Shown here in pieces: positions 11,298 to 20,466 of a stretch of DNA of 64,000 bases. Under the pieces are notes generated by a model that did not search any database, was not told the origin of the DNA, and saw nothing but the letters and a program-made list of their open reading frames with translations. Source of the DNA: Candidatus Velthaea sp. (GTDB lineage Bacteria; Vulcanimicrobiota; Vulcanimicrobiia; Vulcanimicrobiales; Vulcanimicrobiaceae); contig JBEKHC010000010.1 in assembly GCA_050012475.1 (NCBI GenBank), positions 11,416 through 75,415 on the forward strand. Direction: 5' to 3'. A program made the position numbers and the translations under genes. The stretch's first letter is position 1; each line of letters begins with the position of its first letter.

Positions 11298-11807
11298 CTG
11301 TTCCAGCGTCGATTCTCCAATGAAGCTATCTGAAGAGTGTACCCAGGATGCACGAATTTTGCACCCGCTACTAGGTCACCATTTTCCCGAAACAAAGTAC
11401 CTTCGGGGAAGTTGGTGCGTGATGCATCTCACAAAGGCCGATAAAATGGGCCTTTTTCACTATAATTTGTGCGCGCGATCCGTGCATCGAGCCGCTCAAA
11501 CCGCATGCGTTCGATGCACACTCCATCACGCAAAAGCAGATGAGTAGCTACTCCGCGCGTCCGCAGTCCGCTCCCGCAAGCAGCGTCGCGCACGCGTGCA
11601 TCGCTGCCTTTGCGTCGTACGCGCGCCGCCTTTGAGTCGTTAGGCCCAGCGCGCTACGGATCGCAGGCCCACGCCGCGCCCCGCCTGCCAAGGACAGCGA
11701 GCACTTTGTTACTCGAACGCTGCCCGGCACAACTTCCAAAGTGTCCGGCGGCGTTCGCTTGCCTTCCTTGCAAGAGCAGGCTGCGGTCCTTTGCCCCGTG
11801 CTGCCGG

Positions 11808-13253
11808 CTACGAGGTTTTTACTTCCGCACCGTCCTGCGCCCAGCGCGTGTGGAACGAACCAAATGCGTCCGGTCGCCGATAGGTGTGCGCCCCGTAGTA
11901 ATCGCGCTGTCCCTGGAGGAGATTGGCCGGCCCGCGCTCGCGCCGGTACCCGTCATAATAAGCGAGCGCCGATGAGAATGCCGGGACCGGGACTCCAGCC
12001 TCAACCGCTTGGCTAACGACGCGTCGCCATGCCGCCTGCGCGTTCATCACCGCGGAACTGAAGTACGGCGCGAGCAAGAGATTTTTGAGCCGCGCATCGG
12101 CATCGTATGCTTCTTTGATGCGATTGAGAAAGCGGGCGCGAATGATGCACCCGCCGCGCCATATCGTCGCGATCGTCCCGAGCTGCAGGTCCCAGTGGTA
12201 TTGCGCCGCGGCAGCCGACATCTGCTCGAAGCCCTGGGCGTACGCGACGATCTTCGAGGCGTAGAGCGCGTCGCGAATATCGTCGACGAAGCGCACGGTG
12301 CGATCGTCGCCGGTCAAGCGCGGATCGGGGCCGCTCAAGATACGGGACGCATCTTCACGCTCGGCCTTGCGGGCCGAAAGCGCGCGCGCAAATACCGCTT
12401 CCGTGATCGCCGTCAGCGGAACCCCCAGTTCAAGCGCCGATTGAGACGTCCAGCGCCCGGTGCCTTTTTGTTCGGCTTCATCCAAAATCAAATCAACGAG
12501 CGGACGGCCCGTCTGCTCGTCGACTTTGTGCAGCACTTCGGACGTGATTTGAATGAGATACGAATCGAGTTCGCCCTCATTCCAGCGCGCGAAGATGTCG
12601 CCGATCTCGCGCGCGTCATAGCCGAGCAACTCCCGAAGCAAGTCGTAGGCCTCGGCAATGAGTTGCATGTCGGCATATTCGATTCCGTTGTGCACCATCT
12701 TCACATAGTGACCGGCGCCGTCGGCACCGATGTACGTGCAGCACGGCTGCCCGTCGACTTGCGCCGCGATCCGGGTGAGAATCGGCTCGATCAGCTTATA
12801 CGCCTCGGGCGTGCCGCCGGGCATGATGCTCGGTCCGAGCAGCGCGCCTTCTTCACCGCCGGAAACGCCCGTGCCGATGTACCGAAAGCCTTTGGCTTCG
12901 ACATCATGCGTTCGCCGGACCGTATCGGCGAAAAACGAGTTTCCGCCGTCGATGAGGATGTCGCCGGAATCGAGATGCGGCAGCAACTCGTCGATGACGT
13001 CGTCGACCGGTTTCCCCGCCTTGACCATCATGAGGATCGCGCGCGGCCGTTTGATGGCGGCGACGAATGCGGGAACGTCCTGCGCACCCACGAACGTGCC
13101 CTCGCTGCCGAACTCGCGCAGGAATTCGTCGGTTTTTGTATTCGTGCGGTTGTGTACTGCCACCGTGATCCCGCGGCGCGCGATGTTTCGGGCTAAATTC
13201 GCACCCATAACCGCTAGGCCGGTGACGCCGATCGTCGCTTCTGCTGCCATCAT
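11808..13253 (-). CDS. gndA: NADP-dependent 6-phosphogluconate dehydrogenase
   Basis: GLAVMG.NLA.N, IDGGNS, GVSGGEEGA, HYVKMVHNGIEY, QKGTG, QRDYYGAHTY; GGAGG RBS before ATG 13253. Confidence 0.97.
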   Translation of the reverse strand: MMAAEATIGVTGLAVMGANLARNIARRGITVAVHNRTNTKTDEFLREFGSEGTFVGAQDVPAFVAAIKRPRAILMMVKAGKPVDDVIDELLPHLDSGDILIDGGNSFFADTVRRTHDVEAKGFRYIGTGVSGGEEGALLGPSIMPGGTPEAYKLIEPILTRIAAQVDGQPCCTYIGADGAGHYVKMVHNGIEYADMQLIAEAYDLLRELLGYDAREIGDIFARWNEGELDSYLIQITSEVLHKVDEQTGRPLVDLILDEAEQKGTGRWTSQSALELGVPLTAITEAVFARALSARKAEREDASRILSGPDPRLTGDDRTVRFVDDIRDALYASKIVAYAQGFEQMSAAAAQYHWDLQLGTIATIWRGGCIIRARFLNRIKEAYDADARLKNLLLAPYFSSAVMNAQAAWRRVVSQAVEAGVPVPAFSSALAYYDGYRRERGPANLLQGQRDYYGAHTYRRPDAFGSFHTRWAQDGAEVKTS

Positions 13254-13474
13254 GTATCCTCCGTTTCGAATGCTAAGTGCGGCTCGGAGCCAGATGATTC
13301 CAGCCAAGGGAGCGGCGGCCGATGAGCGCGCGAGGATATTTGCGCCGCAATCCGCTATGTTAGGCGACCGCATCTCGCCCATGGTTCGCGCGAACTCGTG
13401 CGTCCGGCGAGTCGGCACCGCTGAGATAGCGTCGGTGCGAAAAGAAGTTCCGCACGTGAACGGGAGGTTTTTTT

Positions 13475-14332
13475 ATGAGCAGCCAAATCGGTGTGCATGC
13501 CGCGGTCTGGTCGGGCGGCTGGAGCGATGCCGAAAGCCGGCACGCGATCGCCGAGAGCAAAGCGGCGGAATACGATTACATCGAGATCATGGCATTTGAT
13601 CCGGCGTCGATCGACGTCGCGAAAACGCGCGCGCTGCTGGCCGACGCCGGGCTCGGTGTGACGAGTTCGCTCGGGCTGAACTGGGACAATGACCTTTCTA
13701 GTGAAGACCCTGCTGTCGTCGCCCGCGGCGAAACGCTGCTGGAGGCCGTGATCGATTGCAACGCCGCCTTGGGATCGAAATACCTCGTGGGCGTAATTTA
13801 CAGCGCATTGGGAAAATATTCGCGCCCCGCGACGCCGCGCGGACGCGCGAACTGCGTCGCCGCGCTGCAGCGCCTGGCGCGCCGCGCCGCCGACAGCGGA
13901 ATCACCTTGGGACTCGAGGTGGTCAACCGCTACGAGACCAATCTGTTCAACACCGCCGCGCAAGCGCTCGACATCGTGAGCGAAATCGGCGCCCCCAATC
14001 TCGGCGTGCACCTCGACACCTACCACATGAACATCGAAGAGGACGACTTCGACGAACCGGTGCGCTTGTGCGGTGACAAGCTCGTCTACGTGCACATCGG
14101 CGAAAGTCATCGCGGCTATCTGGGTTCGGGAAACGTCGATTTTGCGACCTTTTTTCGCGCGCTGGGCGAATGCGGATACGCCGGGCCTATCGCATTCGAG
14201 AGCTTCTCGAGTGCCGTGGTCGCACCCGCACTTTCCAACACGCTGGGCGTCTGGCGGAACCTCTGGACCGACAATCGCGATCTCGCGCGCCACGCCAAAG
14301 AGTTCATCGACCGGCTGCGAGCACCGTCGTAA
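13475..14332 (+). CDS. Sugar phosphate isomerase/epimerase (D-psicose/D-tagatose 3-epimerase family)
   Basis: LEVVNRYE, HLDTYHMNIEE, HIGESHRG, FESFS; GGAGG RBS. Confidence 0.9.
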   Translation: MSSQIGVHAAVWSGGWSDAESRHAIAESKAAEYDYIEIMAFDPASIDVAKTRALLADAGLGVTSSLGLNWDNDLSSEDPAVVARGETLLEAVIDCNAALGSKYLVGVIYSALGKYSRPATPRGRANCVAALQRLARRAADSGITLGLEVVNRYETNLFNTAAQALDIVSEIGAPNLGVHLDTYHMNIEEDDFDEPVRLCGDKLVYVHIGESHRGYLGSGNVDFATFFRALGECGYAGPIAFESFSSAVVAPALSNTLGVWRNLWTDNRDLARHAKEFIDRLRAPS

Positions 14333-14338
14333 CCCACG

Positions 14339-14402
14339 CCCTGCGGCTCGGGCCGCAGGCCCGAACGCCATGGATTCGCGGCGCGTTCAGCGCCGCGAAT
14401 CC
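14339..14402. repeat. REP-like double-hairpin element, copy 1
   Basis: CCCTGCGGCTCGG-hairpin-CCGAACGCCATGGATTCG-hairpin-CGAATC; same scaffold at 19981-20038. Confidence 0.6.
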
Positions 14403-14407
14403 TGCTG

Positions 14408-16075
14408 CTATGGCAGCGTCAGCGGACGATACCGGATCCGGTGCGGTTTGGCGGCTTCTTCGCCGAGCCGGACGATTTTATTCGCTTCGTACTCCGTGTA
14501 GTTGCCTTCGAAGAAAAAGACCCGCGAGTCGCCCTCGAAGGCAATGATGTGCGTCGCGATGCGATCGAGGAACCAGCGATCGTGGCTGATGCACAGCACC
14601 GTGCCGGCAAATTCGCCGAGCGCGTCTTCGAGCGCGCGCAGCGTTTCGACGTCCAGATCGTTGGAGGGTTCGTCGAGCAGCAGCACGTTGGCGCCGGCCA
14701 AGAGCGTCTTGGCGAGGTGAAGCCGGCCGCGTTCTCCGCCGGAAAGCGTTCCGACGTTCTTCTGTTGGTCGCCGCCCTTGAAATTGAAGCGCCCCAGGTA
14801 CGCGCGTGAGGGCATCTCGAAACGTCCGACTTTGAGCACGTCGAGCCCACCGCTGACGTCGTCGAAGACCGTCTTCGTGTTGTCGAGTGATTCGCGGGTT
14901 TGGTCGACGACGGCCAGCTTCACCGTGGGACCGATGTGAATCTCGCCGGCGTCGGGCTGCTCTTTGCCCGCGATCAAGCGAAACAGGGTCGATTTTCCCG
15001 CGCCGTTGGGGCCGATGATGCCGACGATCGCGCCGGCGGGGATGCGGAACGAAACATCGTCCATGAGCAGCCGGTCGCCGTATGCTTTGCGCACGCCGGA
15101 AAAGTCGATGACGCGATCGCCGAGCCGCTCGGCGACCGGGATGAAGATCTCCTGCGTTTCGTTGCGGCGCTGATATTCGTAGCTCGAGAGTTCCTCGAAC
15201 CGTGCCAGGCGGCTCTTGCTCTTGGATTGCTGGCCCTTGACCCCCGAACGCACCCATTCCAGCTCGCGCTTGAGCGCGCGCCGGCGGGCTGACTCACTCG
15301 ATTCTTCCTGCGCCAGACGCTGCTGCTTCTGATCGAGCCACGAACTGTAGTTCCCCTTCCACGGGATGCCGCGTCCGCGATCGAGTTCGAGGATCCACTC
15401 GGCGGCGTTGTCCAGAAAATAGCGGTCGTGCGTCACGGCGACGACGGTACCGGGGAAACGTTGCAGGAAGTGTTCGAGCCATTCGACGCTTTCGGCATCG
15501 AGATGGTTCGTCGGTTCGTCGAGCAGCAGCATGTCGGGCTTCGAGAGCAGTAAACGGCAGAGCGCCACGCGGCGCTTCTCGCCGCCCGAAAGCGGCCCGA
15601 TCTTGGCATCCCAGGGCGGCAACCGCAAGGCGTCGGCCGCCAATTCCAGCTGCTGTTCGAGATCGTCGCCTGCGGCGAACAAAATCGCCTCGAGCTTGTG
15701 CTGCTCGTCGGCGAGTTTGTCGAAGTCGGCGTCCGGATCGCCGTACGCGGCGTAGACGTCGTCGAGCCGTTTGCGCACGGCGAAGATTTCGCCCAGGGCC
15801 TCTTCGACCGTCTCGCGCACCGATTTTTGAGGATCGAGCTTGGGCTCTTGCTCGAGGTACCCGACGCTCAAATTGGCCATCGGCTTCGCTTCGCCGTCGA
15901 TGTCGGTGTCGACGCCGGCCATGATCCGCAATAGCGTGGATTTTCCGCCGCCGTTCAGGCCTAAAATGCCGATCTTCGCCCCCGGCAAGAAGCTCAAAGA
16001 AATGTCCTTGAGGATCTGGCGCTTGGGCGGGACGGTCTTGCCGACCCGATGCATCGAGTAAACGTATTGCGTCAT
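14408..16075 (-). CDS. ettA: Energy-dependent translational throttle ABC-F protein
   Basis: MTQYVYSMHRVGKTVPPKRQILKDISLSF N-terminus, two ABC domains, WILELDRG.GIPW.GNYSSWL. Confidence 0.97.
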   Translation of the reverse strand: MTQYVYSMHRVGKTVPPKRQILKDISLSFLPGAKIGILGLNGGGKSTLLRIMAGVDTDIDGEAKPMANLSVGYLEQEPKLDPQKSVRETVEEALGEIFAVRKRLDDVYAAYGDPDADFDKLADEQHKLEAILFAAGDDLEQQLELAADALRLPPWDAKIGPLSGGEKRRVALCRLLLSKPDMLLLDEPTNHLDAESVEWLEHFLQRFPGTVVAVTHDRYFLDNAAEWILELDRGRGIPWKGNYSSWLDQKQQRLAQEESSESARRRALKRELEWVRSGVKGQQSKSKSRLARFEELSSYEYQRRNETQEIFIPVAERLGDRVIDFSGVRKAYGDRLLMDDVSFRIPAGAIVGIIGPNGAGKSTLFRLIAGKEQPDAGEIHIGPTVKLAVVDQTRESLDNTKTVFDDVSGGLDVLKVGRFEMPSRAYLGRFNFKGGDQQKNVGTLSGGERGRLHLAKTLLAGANVLLLDEPSNDLDVETLRALEDALGEFAGTVLCISHDRWFLDRIATHIIAFEGDSRVFFFEGNYTEYEANKIVRLGEEAAKPHRIRYRPLTLP

Positions 16076-16286
16076 CGGTATCGCCTATTGCCCGCCCGCC
16101 GCGCGCCCTCATCCCGGTTGCGGACGGCCGATTTTCGACGAAACGGGACGCGCCGACGCATTTCGGACGCTCCGAGGACGCCCCAGCGCTATGCTGAGGT
16201 TGCCACGGATCGTCACCCCGGCGCGTAGAGGCGCCGAGGAATCAGGGCCGGCCGCCTCGAGCGGCCGGCCCTTCTCGCTTTTGCCA

Positions 16287-16573
16287 TCAGGAAACTGCGC
16301 GCAGGGTCGCACTCGCCGCCGCGGGTTGCGCCCCGTCGAGCGGCCGGCCCGCTTGCAAGCTCATGTAGCGCAGGCAGCAGACCCGCAAGAACGACGCAAA
16401 GTTCTTCACGTCCTCGCGGTATTGGGTGACTTCGTCGTGCAATTTCACGATCAAGCCGTTCGTCGTGGTCTGCTGCTGGGTGGCCTGATCGTCGTGAGAA
16501 CGCCGTGAATGCGCAGCGAGCGCGCGCGCGATTCATACAAGATCGGATCGGCCTGGGCGTACACCTGGCACAT
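16287..16573 (-). pseudogene. Frameshifted ribbon-helix-helix domain protein gene
   Basis: ATG 16573 gives MCQVYAQADPILYESRARSLRIHGVLTTIR, then the frame breaks at ~16484; another frame continues TTNGLIVKLHDEVTQYREDVKNFASFLRVCCLRY to TGA 16287; length 287 bp, not a multiple of 3. Confidence 0.7.
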
Positions 16574-16575
16574 GC

Positions 16576-18147
16576 CTACACCGCTTGTTTGGACATCGCG
16601 TCGGTGATGAACTCCGCTTGCCGGATCGCCAGCGTGACGATCGTGAGCGTCGGGTTCTCAGCGGCGCTGGTGGTATAGACGCTGCCGTCGCTGATGAACA
16701 GATTGGCGATGTCGTGCGCCTGGCCGTGCTTGTTGACGACACCCTTGGCCGGATCTTCGCTCATGCGGCTCGTGCCGACATTGTGCGTCGACGGATAGGG
16801 CGGTGTGCGGAACGTTTTCGTCGCACCGGCCGCCAGATAGATGGCCTCGCCGCGTTCGTAGGCGTGGTTGCGCATTGCGATGTCGTTGGGGCTGTCGTCG
16901 TAGTGCACGTTGGGAACCGGCAAGCCGTGCTGGTCCTTGACCGCGGTGTTGAGCGTGACGCGGTTGGTTTCGCGCGGCAAGTCTTCACCCACCAGCCACA
17001 TCCCGGCGACATTGTTGTAGTTGTCGAGGAAGTGCGTGAAGTCGCTCCCCCACGCGCCCGGATCGAGAAACGCTGCAAAGAACGGCAGACCCAGGGAGAT
17101 CGTCTCCATCTCGTAGCCGCCGGCAAAGCCGCGGCTGGGGTCGTGCTTGGCTTCGTCTTGCACGATCCCGGCCATTGTCGTGCCGCGGTACATGTGCACC
17201 GGATGATCGAAGAGCGCATAGACCGACCCGGTCATGTGGCGCATGTAGTTGCGCCCGACTTGGCCCGAACTGTTCGCCAAGCCGTCGGGATATTTGCTGG
17301 TCGCCGAATTGAGCAGCAGCCGCGGCGTTTCGATCGAGTTGGCGGCAACGGCGACGACGCGCGCCTTTTGACGCTGCTGTTTGCCGTCGGCATCCACGTA
17401 CACGACGCCGGTCACTTTGCCTTTGGCGTTGCTCTCGATGTTGAGCACGAATGATTCCGGCCGCAGATCGAGCCGCCCGGTCGCCTCGGCGTGCGGAATC
17501 TCAGTATACAAGGTGGACCACTTGGCACCCGTTTTACAGCCTTGAAAACAGAAGCCCATCTGCTGACACCAGACGCGGTTGTCGCGCGGATGGCTGTTGA
17601 TCGCCATGTGACCGGTCGACACGCGTTGATAACCGACCTTGGTCGCACCGGCGTACAAAACTTTGAAGTTGTTGTTGCCGGGCAGACCGGGGTTACCGTT
17701 GGTTCGCGTCACGCCCATCTTCGCTTCGGCGCGGTCGTAATACGGCTCGAGTTCGCCAAGCGTGACCGGCCAATCGAGCAAGTTGGCGCCGGCGACATCG
17801 CCGTAGGTCGTCCGGGCCGCGAACTCGTGCGGCTGGAATCGCAGCGAGGCGCCGGCCCAGTGCGTCGTGGTTCCGCCGACCGTCTTGCAAATCCACGTCG
17901 GTAGGTTGGGAAAATCTTTGGCTACGCGCCAGGTACCCGACGTGGTGCGGTTGTCCAGCCAAGCCAGCTGCTTGAACGACGGCCACTCTTCTTGCGTGAA
18001 GAGGGCGCTGGACTGACGTTTGCCCGCCTCGAGGAGGACGACGTTCACGCCTTTTTGCGTGAGCTCGTTCGCCAGCGTTCCACCCCCGGCGCCGGACCCG
18101 ATGATAACGACGACCGAATCGTCATTGTGATCGAATGGTGCTGCCAT
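16576..18147 (-). CDS. GMC family FAD oxidoreductase (gluconate/2-ketogluconate dehydrogenase-like)
   Basis: IIGSGAGG, VGGTTTHW, CQQMGFCFQGC, GLANSSGQVGRNYM, HNVGTSRM, NPTLT. Confidence 0.92.
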   Translation of the reverse strand: MAAPFDHNDDSVVVIIGSGAGGGTLANELTQKGVNVVLLEAGKRQSSALFTQEEWPSFKQLAWLDNRTTSGTWRVAKDFPNLPTWICKTVGGTTTHWAGASLRFQPHEFAARTTYGDVAGANLLDWPVTLGELEPYYDRAEAKMGVTRTNGNPGLPGNNNFKVLYAGATKVGYQRVSTGHMAINSHPRDNRVWCQQMGFCFQGCKTGAKWSTLYTEIPHAEATGRLDLRPESFVLNIESNAKGKVTGVVYVDADGKQQRQKARVVAVAANSIETPRLLLNSATSKYPDGLANSSGQVGRNYMRHMTGSVYALFDHPVHMYRGTTMAGIVQDEAKHDPSRGFAGGYEMETISLGLPFFAAFLDPGAWGSDFTHFLDNYNNVAGMWLVGEDLPRETNRVTLNTAVKDQHGLPVPNVHYDDSPNDIAMRNHAYERGEAIYLAAGATKTFRTPPYPSTHNVGTSRMSEDPAKGVVNKHGQAHDIANLFISDGSVYTTSAAENPTLTIVTLAIRQAEFITDAMSKQAV

Positions 18148-18186
18148 CGTCGTGCTATGCTCCTTCGCTCATGCGGAAAGCGCTGG

Positions 18187-18744
18187 TTACAGATAGGGTG
18201 CGGGGCTCGCGGCTTCGGGCGGGTTCGGCAGCCAGCTCAGATCGTTGAAGCCGCGCCGAAGGTAGCCGCCCTTGGGCCACGACGGTCCGGGGTAACCGAA
18301 GTGCGCAAACGCCATCTCGTTGTCGTAGAGCGAGGTGATGCACTGGCCGCGCACGGTCGCGAAAAACGGCGTGCCCTCCAAACTCTTGACCGCTTTGAGT
18401 TTGACCTCATCGCTGGCGGCGGCGAAGTTTCCGCCGGCCGCGGCATCGAGCGCGGCGGTTCCTTGCGTGAGTTGCGCCGCGACGGTCGGATCGGCCGCCT
18501 TCGCGTCGAGATCCTTGGCCAGCAGTGCATAGACTGCCGTGTCGAGCTTGTTGTGCGGGTAGAGAACTTTGCCGAAGGCGACGAGCGTCGTGCCTTCCTG
18601 CGTCGAAAGACGCGCAAGCTCGAGCGCCCAGACGCGGGTGGGTGCCAGTTCGGCGAGCACGGAACCAGCCGCAATCGTTCCCACCAGCATAGCCGCGCCG
18701 CGCAAAAGCTCGCGACGGTTCAGAGTCGGTTGTCCATCGCTCAC
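18187..18744 (-). CDS. Tat-signal protein, gluconate 2-dehydrogenase subunit 3-like partner of the GMC enzyme
   Basis: LNRRELL twin-arginine motif, LYPH, FGYPG.S..KGGY..RGFNDL.WLP; GTG 18744 after GGAGG. Confidence 0.8.
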   Translation of the reverse strand: MSDGQPTLNRRELLRGAAMLVGTIAAGSVLAELAPTRVWALELARLSTQEGTTLVAFGKVLYPHNKLDTAVYALLAKDLDAKAADPTVAAQLTQGTAALDAAAGGNFAAASDEVKLKAVKSLEGTPFFATVRGQCITSLYDNEMAFAHFGYPGPSWPKGGYLRRGFNDLSWLPNPPEAASPAPYL

Positions 18745-18982
18745 GCTGACCTCCACAAGCGAAAAAATCCAAAGCCGAGTCCGGCAAACGCCGTGTCGGT
18801 TCGACGAAAATCGGCGCAGAGGTAAAAATTTCCTACCAGGCCGCCCGCCTGGGATAGTTTATTCCGCTCGGCGGCAACCCGGGGTAATACTCCCGTATAT
18901 TTTTCCGCGCTCACGAGGCGCACAACGTCGCGCGGGGTCCGTGTTTCCGGGTGTTTTGCGTGCCGCTGGGTACAAGATCCGC

Positions 18983-19876
18983 ATGGCACAACTACCACTT
19001 TCTGCAGCTGCTGCGGGCTCGTTTGCGATCGGGGGCGACCTGCGCGTCTCCCGGATGGGTTTCGGCGCCATGCGCATCACCGGCCCCGGAATCTGGGGGC
19101 CGCCCCGCGATCGCGCGGCCGCCCTGGCCGTCTTGCGCCGGGCGGTAGAACTCGGCGTGAACATCATCGATACCGCCGACTCGTACGGCCCGGACGTCAG
19201 CGAAGACCTCATCGCTGAGGCACTTTTCCCCTATCCCGCCGATCTCGTCGTCGCGACCAAGGGCGGCCACACGCGCAGCGGGCCGGATCAGTGGACCCCG
19301 GCCGGCGAGCCGGCCCATCTCCAGGCGGCCCTCGCGGGCAGTCTCAAACGTCTGCGCCTGGAGCGGATCGATCTCTATCAACTTCACCGGCCCGATCCCA
19401 AAGTCGCGTTCGAACGCTCCGTCGAGGCGGTCGCCGAGATGCAAGCTGCGGGCAAAGTCCGGCATGTCGGGCTTTCCAACGTCAGCGTCGCGCAGATCGA
19501 GAGCGCGCGCAAGATCGTCCCGATCGTTTCGGTGCAGAACCGGTTCAACAACGCAACGCGCGGCGACACGGTTTTCAATGGCGTCACCAACGACGAGACG
19601 CTCGCGGTCGTCGACTACTGCACCGCGCACGGCATCGCGTTTTTTCCCTGGGGTCCGCTCGCCGCCGGAAAACTCTCGTCGGAACGCATCTCCGCGGTGG
19701 CCGCAGCGCGCAACGCGACAGCCAATCAAATTGCATTGGCGTGGCTGCTGCGCCGCTCGCCGGTGATAATCCCGATTCCGGGCACCGCCTCGATCGCACA
19801 CCTCGAAGAAAACGTCGCTGCCGCTTCGATTCAGCTCTCCGACCAAGAATACGAATCGCTTCTCGTCGCCGGCTGA
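18983..19876 (+). CDS. Aldo/keto reductase
   Basis: RMGFGAMRITG.GIWG, IDTADSYGP, ATKGG, DLYQLHRPD, PIPGT; ATG 18983. Confidence 0.93.
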   Translation: MAQLPLSAAAAGSFAIGGDLRVSRMGFGAMRITGPGIWGPPRDRAAALAVLRRAVELGVNIIDTADSYGPDVSEDLIAEALFPYPADLVVATKGGHTRSGPDQWTPAGEPAHLQAALAGSLKRLRLERIDLYQLHRPDPKVAFERSVEAVAEMQAAGKVRHVGLSNVSVAQIESARKIVPIVSVQNRFNNATRGDTVFNGVTNDETLAVVDYCTAHGIAFFPWGPLAAGKLSSERISAVAAARNATANQIALAWLLRRSPVIIPIPGTASIAHLEENVAAASIQLSDQEYESLLVAG

Positions 19877-19980
19877 AATCGCATCCCCGGCCGGGAGGGG
19901 CCGCCGCTTTCGGTAGGAGTGTGTCGGGCTTTGCCCGACACGCGACGACCGGATGGGTGCCCTCGGCTTCGCTCGGTGCA

Positions 19981-20038
19981 CCCTGCGGCTCGGCGAAGCC
20001 GAACGCGATGGATTCGTCGAGCGAAGCCGCGGCGAATC
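19981..20038. repeat. REP-like double-hairpin element, copy 2
   Basis: CCCTGCGGCTCGG-CGAAG-CCGAACGCGATGGATTCG...CGAATC between convergent genes. Confidence 0.6.
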
Positions 20039-20391
20039 TAGTGCTTGGACGTCGTCGAGCGCACGAACGACGACAGGATGAACGACACGATGCTGAGCAC
20101 CAGCGCGCCGATGAACGCGGCGCCGAAGTTATCGACCCGTAAGCCGATCCCCAGTTTCGCGACGAGATAAAACAGCGCGGCGTTGATGACGAGCGTGAAC
20201 AGGCCGAGGGTCAGAATCTCCAGCGGCAAGCTCAAGATGATGAGGATCGGCTTGAGCACGGCGTTGACGATGCCCAAGATGAGCGCGGCGAGCAGCGCCG
20301 CCCCGATGCCCGACACGTGCACGCCGGGAATGAGGTATTCGACGAGCAGCAAGGCGATGGCGTTGATGACGAGCCGGACGAGTAAACCCAT
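20038..20391 (-). CDS. 4-TM membrane protein, YvlD/phage holin-4 family
   Basis: NAVLKPILIILSLP..ILTLGLF.LVINA motif. Confidence 0.88.
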   Translation of the reverse strand: MGLLVRLVINAIALLLVEYLIPGVHVSGIGAALLAALILGIVNAVLKPILIILSLPLEILTLGLFTLVINAALFYLVAKLGIGLRVDNFGAAFIGALVLSIVSFILSSFVRSTTSKH

Positions 20392-20466
20392 GATGCCCGC
20401 GATTTTCTCGCCGCCCGGGCTTCGTCCCCCGCGGATCGCTGCGGATGCGAGTTCGCGGTTCGCGCG

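Noticed and set aside
11437..11444. GCCGATAA sigma-28 -10 box
   Set aside because: No TAAA -35 at the right spacing and no downstream plus-strand gene
11548..11807. Short ORFs downstream of gndA
   Set aside because: No RBS or protein-like features; probably non-coding
16191..16536. ORFs 16191-16508 (+) and 16213-16536 (-)
   Set aside because: Shadow and off-frame readings of the frameshifted RHH gene
20038..20391. Holin-family gene as a prophage sign
   Set aside because: YvlD-type membrane proteins are common chromosomal genes; no phage genes nearby
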